This document shows positions 10,263 to 18,265 of a stretch of 64,000 nt of DNA, in pieces. Source of the DNA: Bacteroidota bacterium (lineage in GTDB: Bacteria > Bacteroidota > Rhodothermia > Rhodothermales > Bin80). The notes beneath the pieces were generated by a model, which was given only the letters and a program-made list of their open reading frames with translations, ran no database searches and had not been told where the DNA came from. Numbering within the stretch: the stretch's first letter is position 1; the number at the start of each line of letters is the position of its first letter. The stretch lies in contig JAPOTS010000100.1 in the NCBI GenBank assembly GCA_026709065.1, positions 15,625 to 79,624 on the forward strand, written 5' to 3'. The position numbers and the translations under genes were made by a program.

Positions 10263-11175
10263 GATTTAGGGATAAGTTTTCAATACAGTGATGCCAAGAA
10301 GTAAGCTCAGATTAAGATATGGCTTCGGACATCATAAACGCTAAACATCAATAGCATGTTGCTTTATGGACCTAATTTGATTCTTGAACCCACAGTGCTA
10401 AAGCATATTTCCCTAAATTCCCATCATGCACCTTATGATGATGCGTCAGCGAATTGCTAAACTCATTACTGTATACTTTACTGCATGTGACTCTTCATAG
10501 TGTCAGCGTTGTGTTCAATAATTTGATGTGATTCAATAACATCCTGTTCAAAATGATTTAATTTAGATCAATTAACTTTTAATTCGTGACACAAGAAATG
10601 AATCTATATGATAATATATCACAGAGTTACGTGTGGAATGGCCGAAGAACGATGATATGGTTGCTAATGTGAGCCTTGATGAGATAGCGTTAATTCTGGG
10701 GAATCAGTCTGAATATGTTCATCAGATTAACCATCTAGCAAATTGATTCAAAGAAGTTATTGGATTGAAATGATAGGCTTGTGATCTTAGATGCAGACGA
10801 TCTATTATGCGTTGGCAAGTGGGTGAATCTGACCCGATTTTGAACCATGATGTCCATGGTTCACCATATCATTTCATCAATTGATATTACACTTTATGGT
10901 TGATCAGTGTTTACGGTTAATGTCAATCAGAAGACTCCAGTATGAGTTTTCCAAGAAAGTCAATAATTGTGTAGGAATGAATATATTTAGATACGATGTG
11001 GTTTCCCTTGTTGTTGCTTTCTGTTGAAGAGGCACTAATATCAGTCCGATCAGTTTTATTTTTACAAGATCTCTGTTAAAGTCATCAAAAGATGTTAATT
11101 TTGTAGAAATTATCTCAGAATAATCAATTAGTATCATGATCCTATAGGTGCAAGATTTAATGCATCATAGTTATC

Positions 11176-12432
11176 GTGAAATCTTCAAGATTTACCAACC
11201 GTCATCTTATGAGTCAAAAAAAATTCATTGATCTTTTCGCTGGCTGTGGTGGTCTGTCCCTTGGACTAGTCAAGTCTGGTTGGAATGGTGTTTTTGCTAT
11301 TGAAAAATCAGAAGACGCGTTTAAGACATTTCACACTAATTTTTGTCAAGAACATTCAAAACTGCATTTTAAGTGGCCTTCTTGGCTACCCCTTAGGGCC
11401 ATGACAACCCAACAATTACTCACGCAATTTCCTAAACAGCTCAACGACCTCAAAGGAAAGATTGATATGATCACTGGGGGACCTCCATGTCAGGGATTTT
11501 CATTGGCAGGTCTCCGTAATCCTAATGATCCAAGAAATGAACTCATACAAGATTATATTGCAGTGGTCAGAATTGTTCAGCCAAAATTAGTACTCTTAGA
11601 AAATGTCAATGGAATTAACATGAAGTTTCCTCATCAGGATTCCCCTTATTCAATAAAGATTCAAAATCTACTGAAATCTTGTTCTGATCATGGTTACAGA
11701 GTTCATTCATCCATGTTGAATGCATCTGCCTTTGGGGTACCCCAGATGCGCAGTCGTTACGTCATGATTGCCATTCGTGGAGACATGCCCAAATTATTTA
11801 ATAATCCTTTCGATTCATTAAGCGACGCATTACCTCGTTTTCTTAAAGTAAGAGGACTCACTGGCGCAGAAACGATGGTGCGAGACGCGATAAGTGACTT
11901 AGAAATCAACGATCGAAAACTTAAATCCAGCGTTGATACACCTGGCTTCTTCCAGATCCCCTACGATGAAAAACATTCTCTCTCCACTTATCAACAGTTG
12001 ATGCGTCAAGACGTTGGTAAAAATTTTGAACCAAATAGCCTACGTCTTGCAAATCACCGAAAAGAAACCCAGTCTCGTTTCCAGAGAATTTTGCATGAAT
12101 GTCCCAAAGGAGTCTGCATGTCAAAAGAGGATCGTAAGAAATTTGGGTTAAAGAAACAATCTCTTACACCACTGCATCCCGAAAAACTAGCCGGAACAGT
12201 AACAACCATTCCTGATGATATGATTCACTATCACGAGCCAAGAGTTCTCACGGTTCGCGAAAATGCTCGACTTCAGTCATTTCCTGACTGGTTTAATTTT
12301 GAAGGGAAATATACCACGGGAGGGCATCGTCGCAGGCATGAATGTCCCCGCTATACACAGGTTGGAAATGCCGTTCCACCTCTGATGGCCGAAGCAATTG
12401 GTGAAACTCTACTCCATTTATTGGCCTCATGA
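11176..12432 (+). CDS. dcm: DNA (cytosine-5)-methyltransferase
   Basis: All canonical C5-MTase motifs are present in order: I FAGCGGLSLG, IV GGPPCQGFS, VI LLENV, VIII QMRSRYVMIA, IX RENARLQSFPDWF, X GNAVPP. The likely real start is the ATG at 11209 (MSQKKFIDLFAGCGG). The stop overlaps the next start (ATGA at 12429-12432). Confidence 0.95.
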   Translation: MKSSRFTNRHLMSQKKFIDLFAGCGGLSLGLVKSGWNGVFAIEKSEDAFKTFHTNFCQEHSKLHFKWPSWLPLRAMTTQQLLTQFPKQLNDLKGKIDMITGGPPCQGFSLAGLRNPNDPRNELIQDYIAVVRIVQPKLVLLENVNGINMKFPHQDSPYSIKIQNLLKSCSDHGYRVHSSMLNASAFGVPQMRSRYVMIAIRGDMPKLFNNPFDSLSDALPRFLKVRGLTGAETMVRDAISDLEINDRKLKSSVDTPGFFQIPYDEKHSLSTYQQLMRQDVGKNFEPNSLRLANHRKETQSRFQRILHECPKGVCMSKEDRKKFGLKKQSLTPLHPEKLAGTVTTIPDDMIHYHEPRVLTVRENARLQSFPDWFNFEGKYTTGGHRRRHECPRYTQVGNAVPPLMAEAIGETLLHLLAS

Positions 12433-14735
12433 ACGAATCTAAGAATCTTAGATTTATCGCCCATGCGCGCTTGAAAGATATTATTGGACGAGGTCTCATT
12501 AATAATGACAACATTGCAATAATTGAGCTGATCAAGAATTCAAGAGATGCAGAATCTGAGCATGTTTCCATTAAATTTCATAAACCGGGTATTCTATATA
12601 TCTCTGATCATGGGGAGGGAATGTCCATGGAGGATATACGATATAAATGGCTCAATATTGCTTATTCCGCTCGCAAAAATGCAGATCCTAATCACCCTAA
12701 AATATATGCGGGTAATAAAGGAATTGGACGATTCTCGTGTGACCGTCTTGGCAAAAAACTGATCTTGTATACACGAGCTAAGAACGGTCAATTCATTACA
12801 TTAGAAATCAACTGGCCTGATTTTGAGCAGGACAGTCGTGATATAGAAATTGGACACATTGAGACGGAGGCTAGGTTCATCACACCCAAAGAATTTCAAC
12901 AACAGACAAACATTAAACCTTTTGATCATGGTACGGTACTTGCCATCAGTCATCTAAGATCTGATTGGACCGAGGATAAACTCAAGTCACTAAGACGGGA
13001 ATTAGAGAAGTTTGTGATTGCCCCCGCTGAACGGTTTAAAGTTGAACTTTACCACCATGGGTTTGATCAAGATCATGAGATCAATGGTCCCATTGAGAGC
13101 AAGATTTTTGAACTGCTAGGTTTTAGAACATCATCCATCAGTGCCAAAATAGATGAAACCGGAAACGAAATTCATATATCGCTCCGACATGATGGTGACT
13201 ATATCTTTGAATCTACTGAGAAAAACTCATATTCTCAACTCAAGAATATTAAGGCAATTATCTACTTTCTCAATCAACCCGCGAAGGCTTTCTTCAAACG
13301 CTATACTGGATACCATTCTGTTGAATATGGATCTATTTTTTTCTTCTTGAATAAATTCAGAGTATTCCCTTATGGCTCAGAAGGGGATGATTGGCTTGGC
13401 ATTGATCGCCGCCGACAACAGGGACAGATGCGCTTTTTTGGTACCCGTGATCTCGTTGGCTTCATTCAAGTGGATGACCTTGAAGATCAGTTTATTCCGG
13501 TGTCCAGTAGAGAAGGACTGATTCACAATACGGCGTACCATGAACTTACATCCATAAGCGCTGATGTACCCTCATCGCTTGATGATACAATGCAGTATGG
13601 CTTATTCCATAAAATCATGAGAAAACTGGAAAAATTCGTGGTTAATGGCCTAGACTGGGACCGAATTAAACGATCCGGCATCACTGAAGAAAAATTGATT
13701 ACTGGCGAGTTTGAATATCTGCATACCCATAGACCTGTATTTGAGACAATCGACTCCATTATTAAGCTGCGTTCCTCAACTGAGAGTATAATCGATTATA
13801 AAATCAATCTCTCACATCTTTCCAAAATTGCTCATCAGGAGACAGAGCAATTTGAGAAATTAGTTGAAGGATTGAAAGAAAAATTTGCAGGATCCTCTAT
13901 TGATCAAATCAAACCACATGAAAAACGTAATCTCTCAAAATTTATTAGTCGTCTGGCGAAGGAATTAGCTGCTAAAGAGCAAACCACCGTAGAATTGGAA
14001 AAAAAAGAAGCAGCCGCAACAAAGAAGTTAGCCACCGAACAGAAGCGTCGCTTATTTGCCGAATTTCAAAGTAGTGTTGATCAAAGTCGCATGCTACAAC
14101 TGCATCATCAGATTAACTTAATTGCAGGTTCATTATGGAAGCGATTCGATGGTATCGCACGTCGAGAACGCAAAGATCCTGATCAGTATTCAAAGGGAGA
14201 TTTACTTGAAGTAATTCACTCGGGCATTTTTGAGATTAATCGTATAAGAAACGTTACGAAGCTTGCATTGAAAGCCGATTTTGACCTTATGACCAATAAG
14301 GTTAAGGTAGATCTAATCCAATTTATTCAGGAATATCTCGAAAATTACAAAGAAATTCTCTCGGCATGGAATCTAAAAATGAGATTTACTAACGAAGACT
14401 CGGTGCAACTCATCAAATCATTTCGCCCCATTGAGGCTACTCTTCTTATTGACAATTTATTGGTCAATTCTGGCAAAGCTGATGCCGATACAGTGTATGT
14501 TAATGTTTTTAAGCACACCGGGAAAACAATCATTGAATTTGTTGATAATGGCAACGGATTAACGGATCGCTTTGAGTATTCGGATCTTTTCGAAAAAGGT
14601 ATATCTACGACATCGGGGGCAGGAATTGGGCTGAATCATTCCCGCGAGATTGTTCTGAATCTTGGCGGTATAATTCAGATTTCTAATGCGAAAAACAATG
14701 GTGCGAAAGTCACGATATCGTTTGACAACACATGA
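12429..14735 (+). CDS. Dual Bergerat-fold (GHKL) protein: N-terminal MORC/Hsp90-like ATPase module, central coiled coil, C-terminal histidine-kinase-like DHp+CA module
   Basis: N-terminal module: ELIKNSRDAE (ExxxNxxDA N-box), DHGEGMS (DxGxGM), GNKGIGRFS (GxxGxG). C-terminal module: LQLHHQINLIAGS (candidate H-box, H559/H560), DNLLVNSGKA (N-box, about 117 aa after the His), VDNGNGL (G1), LFEKG (F), GAGIGLNHS (G2). A Lys/Glu-rich coiled-coil stretch lies around LAKELAAKEQTTVELEKKEAAATKK. Confidence 0.75.
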   Translation: MNESKNLRFIAHARLKDIIGRGLINNDNIAIIELIKNSRDAESEHVSIKFHKPGILYISDHGEGMSMEDIRYKWLNIAYSARKNADPNHPKIYAGNKGIGRFSCDRLGKKLILYTRAKNGQFITLEINWPDFEQDSRDIEIGHIETEARFITPKEFQQQTNIKPFDHGTVLAISHLRSDWTEDKLKSLRRELEKFVIAPAERFKVELYHHGFDQDHEINGPIESKIFELLGFRTSSISAKIDETGNEIHISLRHDGDYIFESTEKNSYSQLKNIKAIIYFLNQPAKAFFKRYTGYHSVEYGSIFFFLNKFRVFPYGSEGDDWLGIDRRRQQGQMRFFGTRDLVGFIQVDDLEDQFIPVSSREGLIHNTAYHELTSISADVPSSLDDTMQYGLFHKIMRKLEKFVVNGLDWDRIKRSGITEEKLITGEFEYLHTHRPVFETIDSIIKLRSSTESIIDYKINLSHLSKIAHQETEQFEKLVEGLKEKFAGSSIDQIKPHEKRNLSKFISRLAKELAAKEQTTVELEKKEAAATKKLATEQKRRLFAEFQSSVDQSRMLQLHHQINLIAGSLWKRFDGIARRERKDPDQYSKGDLLEVIHSGIFEINRIRNVTKLALKADFDLMTNKVKVDLIQFIQEYLENYKEILSAWNLKMRFTNEDSVQLIKSFRPIEATLLIDNLLVNSGKADADTVYVNVFKHTGKTIIEFVDNGNGLTDRFEYSDLFEKGISTTSGAGIGLNHSREIVLNLGGIIQISNAKNNGAKVTISFDNT

Positions 14736-15649
14736 AACTTTCGTACGATATTCTTTGGGTTGACGACAATCTTGATTCCATTGCGGAAGACCGAAGGACT
14801 ATTGAAGAATTTCTTGAGGGTTTTGGGATTTACGCCAATATATCACCTGTGACAAATTCAGATGACGATTTATTGAATGAGCATATTCACAATCCTGATC
14901 TTGAAATTCTTTTAGTTGATTATCACATGGACGACATGGATGGAGCAGATTTAATTAATCGTATTCGTCAAACGAATCATGTGTATTTGCCCGTCATCTT
15001 TTACTCTTCAAGTCCTCTTGAAGTCTTACTCAAAGCGGCAAATGAAGCACAACTTGATGGTGTATACATTGCACAGAGAGACTTTTTGATCCAGAAATTT
15101 CAAGATGTCGCTAAAAGTCTTCTCAACAAGGAACATACCATCAAGCGTATCCGCGGTTTATTGATGGAGGAAGTCAGTGAGATTGACGAAAAGTTACAAG
15201 AGATCTTCCGTATGATATGGAATGGGCTCTCGGGTAATAACAAGAAAGAATTGATGATTTATCTCAAAGATAAAATCATTCAGCAGCGGGCAGATAGTGC
15301 CAATAAAAAGCTTAAAAACTTCCCCAACACCGTTGATGATTTTTCACAGCATATGAGTGAGCGATTTTTATCAAAATCATACGATACTTATACCAGATGT
15401 AGAATCGTAAATAAAATGCTCGGATTCAAGAATAATAATTTAGGTGAGTATAAACAAGTTTTTAAGGAGTTCTTTAACCATGGTAACGAGGATTCCATTA
15501 ATCGTCTTCGAAATAATTATGCTCACACTCCGCTTCGGACTTTGAAACAAGCTCACTCTTTAGAGAACTGTGTGAAAATTCGTAAAGAATTACATCGCCA
15601 ACTCAAGAATATTAATCGTATCATTGATTATCTGTCTGCAGAACCTTGA
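14732..15649 (+). CDS. Receiver (REC) domain protein with C-terminal alpha-helical HEPN-like domain (putative phosphorylation-gated RNase effector)
   Basis: REC motifs: WVDDN (acidic pocket D11/D12), ILLVDYHMDDMDG (phosphoacceptor D63), VIFYSS (S/T position). The C-terminal roughly 180 aa look helical and carry RLRNNYAH (R260-H265, nt 15509-15526), which matches the HEPN Rx4-6H / RNxxAH signature. The start overlaps the upstream stop (ATGA at 14732-14735). Confidence 0.6.
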   Translation: MKLSYDILWVDDNLDSIAEDRRTIEEFLEGFGIYANISPVTNSDDDLLNEHIHNPDLEILLVDYHMDDMDGADLINRIRQTNHVYLPVIFYSSSPLEVLLKAANEAQLDGVYIAQRDFLIQKFQDVAKSLLNKEHTIKRIRGLLMEEVSEIDEKLQEIFRMIWNGLSGNNKKELMIYLKDKIIQQRADSANKKLKNFPNTVDDFSQHMSERFLSKSYDTYTRCRIVNKMLGFKNNNLGEYKQVFKEFFNHGNEDSINRLRNNYAHTPLRTLKQAHSLENCVKIRKELHRQLKNINRIIDYLSAEP

Positions 15650-16320
15650 GCAATTCTTGGTTCAAATTCATTGGTGTAATTTATGACTACCTATCCGCTA
15701 TTTATTACAAGAGATTCATATATTCAACATGGATTTTCCAAGTTGTCCTGGTCGCTTATCTTTATCCAATCACCATGTTGGTCGTTGATCCGTCTTAACG
15801 TTTCTTCTGTTAGAGGGTTTTTAGTCAAACTAGCGATTTAGATGTGATTAAACTTGTTTACAATCTTGACAAAAATCATCCTGTTATCAAGACATGGTGT
15901 TCATGTAGCAACGGCTTGATCGTTTGTTGATATCTATACGAAGATCCCACACAGGATCATTGATTTGAGAAAAGTTATTCGAGTCAAATGCGTTGATCGC
16001 CATAGTAACGGGTTTGAAAATTAGGTTATGCCCTCCTATCAATACAAAGGGCCCCATCAGATCCATTCCAACGATACGTTTGGACGATTGAGTCCATACC
16101 AATTCTCAAATTTTAGCAAAAACAGCTATTACGGGCAAAATAAAGGCAATGAATCAATGAGGCGTAACTTTGATAAATTTCTAGATTCAGATGTAATGTC
16201 CATAGTTGACGGTATACCAAATAATATACCCCTTAGGATCTTAAAACCAAATTTGGTAGTATCGTATGGATAGGGTCTTCAGATCAGTTAATGATTCTCT
16301 GATGATGACCCTGAGAAGAA

Positions 16321-18207
16321 TTAGGGACTGATTCTATCCATTCTCGCAATCCAAAGCCCACTATTTAGATCCGAAGTGTAGATATGCCCCTTGAAAATCT
16401 GCGCACCCCATGTCATTGGCCATCCAGGAACCATGGATTGATCATCGGTCGTTAAAATATGAGCAATTTCTCGACCTTGATCATACAGATTCCCGCGGAG
16501 TTCTCCACTAATATCAACGACTCGCAATCCCCCTTGATAATACCCTACATATAATCGCTCATCTTCAACCCATATATTATGTGCACCTGCATCAGGGACT
16601 TCGTATCTTGCCACTTCAATTGGAGCCTCCATATTTGATACATCCAATATATGGATATAACCTCTGGCATCCAATGGCTTGCCCGCATCCCAATTGTCAG
16701 GGAAAATTTCGTCTCCAACAAATAAATATTGACCATCTCTCCATGCAACATGCGTATGACCCTCTGGATAAGAAAGACGACTCACCATGATTGGAACCGT
16801 AGGAGTTCCACCATGCGTTCCAGCTCCAACATCAAGGATTACAACCCCATCATCCCAATAGGATAGATAGGCATATCCATCTTGGACAATGACATCATGG
16901 AGTGTCTTATCCTCTTTATTCAAACCCCATCTACCAACCTCCATCGGATTTTCTCGGTCACTGATGTCAATGATATGCAATTCACTTGTTCCATTATGAC
17001 ACGCATAAACAAGATCCTCCTCAATCCATACATTATGCACACCTCCAGTCACTGTTCTGGAATACTCCGATAGAATTGTCGGATGTGCAGGGTTGGTAAG
17101 ATCTAAAATGACAATTCCATTACGCCGATTAGATGCTCCTTCACGTGTAATCACTGCAATCTCATTGCTATGATGAATCTTCACATCGTTGATCCTGCGA
17201 GCATCCACCCGAATGGAGTCCATTAAAACGGGGGTGTCTGGAGTGGTCACATCAAAAACCTTCATCCAATCATACATAAACGTGCCGACATATGCATAAT
17301 CACGACCATCAATACCTTCAAAAGCCCACATGTCCCCAGAATGATGATGAGCAATTGCTCCCCGACCTGCAATTGACAACGTTTCCTGATGAATCCGCTC
17401 TTCAACTGGTAAAATGAGTGTTCTCTGAATATCAATTCCAATATGTGCAGTAATGGTATAATCCAATGCCTGATCTGCCACAAATATCCCCTCACCCCCC
17501 TCATTAGTCAAGTAAAATCCATCACCAGAGACTTCCCACCGAGGATATATTCCATCAACTATATCACCATTTTCATCCGTTGCTTGGACACGAAAACGAA
17601 CGACATCACCTTGTCGTACAATGTAACGATTCTGTGCAATTTGATAAGACACAGAAGGATTTTCACGAACGAAAACCTCAACATTTGTTGAGTGCCCATG
17701 AGCTTGAACCGAAACGACTGCCGAGCCAGGGCTCTGAGCATGAATGTATCCTTGCTTAGTAACCCTCGCCACTGATACATCATTACTTTTATAGCGAATA
17801 CGCCCCTCTATGGCTTGACCGTCAAGTGTTACTTTGATTGGCATACTCGTTTGGGAAAGAATAAACGGTGCAGACAAGCTCGCAACCAAATTAGCCTCCC
17901 GATTCTTCTCTACTGTAATCTCTGCATATCCAGGTTTTCCACCAAGAACAACAACGAGTATCGCCGTGCCGGGTGAATGAGCCTCAACAATTCCGAATTC
18001 GTTCACCGTTGCAATGCTAGATTCTGCAATATGCCATCTTGGGCTCAACCCAGCGACTACTTGGTCATCTTGATCATATGCTATGCCAGAAAATATGAAT
18101 GTATCTCCAACCTCTATTGAGGCTGACTTCGGTGAAATTTCAACTTTATCTGGAAGCTCTAATCCAGTATTAAGTTGCATGAACATTCCTAAAAGAATCA
18201 ACACCAT
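16321..18207 (-). CDS. Secreted protein with Big_2 Ig-like domains and an LVIVD-repeat beta-propeller
   Basis: Two Big_2-like segments (ATVNEFGIVEAHSPGTAILVV; VARVTKQGYIHAQSPGSAVVSV). These are followed by repeated LVIVD-type strands (GIVILDLTNP, ELHIIDISD, GVVILDVG, YIHILDVSN, GLRVVDISG). Confidence 0.6.
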   Translation of the reverse strand: MVLILLGMFMQLNTGLELPDKVEISPKSASIEVGDTFIFSGIAYDQDDQVVAGLSPRWHIAESSIATVNEFGIVEAHSPGTAILVVVLGGKPGYAEITVEKNREANLVASLSAPFILSQTSMPIKVTLDGQAIEGRIRYKSNDVSVARVTKQGYIHAQSPGSAVVSVQAHGHSTNVEVFVRENPSVSYQIAQNRYIVRQGDVVRFRVQATDENGDIVDGIYPRWEVSGDGFYLTNEGGEGIFVADQALDYTITAHIGIDIQRTLILPVEERIHQETLSIAGRGAIAHHHSGDMWAFEGIDGRDYAYVGTFMYDWMKVFDVTTPDTPVLMDSIRVDARRINDVKIHHSNEIAVITREGASNRRNGIVILDLTNPAHPTILSEYSRTVTGGVHNVWIEEDLVYACHNGTSELHIIDISDRENPMEVGRWGLNKEDKTLHDVIVQDGYAYLSYWDDGVVILDVGAGTHGGTPTVPIMVSRLSYPEGHTHVAWRDGQYLFVGDEIFPDNWDAGKPLDARGYIHILDVSNMEAPIEVARYEVPDAGAHNIWVEDERLYVGYYQGGLRVVDISGELRGNLYDQGREIAHILTTDDQSMVPGWPMTWGAQIFKGHIYTSDLNSGLWIARMDRISP

Positions 18208-18265
18208 GATACCTATGTCAGTTAAAAGCGCATAAACCTATTCTTATGCCGTATGATCCAAATGA

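Noticed and set aside
10904-11137. 77-aa minus-strand ORF divergent from the methyltransferase, considered as a possible controller (C) protein or fourth system component.
   Set aside because: It has no helix-turn-helix or other motif, a low-complexity Ile/Leu-rich composition typical of AT-rich non-coding DNA, and no clear ribosome-binding context. It is kept only as a note in the MTase finding.
15683-15841. 52-codon ORF immediately downstream of the REC-HEPN gene (below the track threshold).
   Set aside because: It is short and hydrophobic/low-complexity, has no overlap coupling like the three upstream genes, and cannot be supported from sequence alone.
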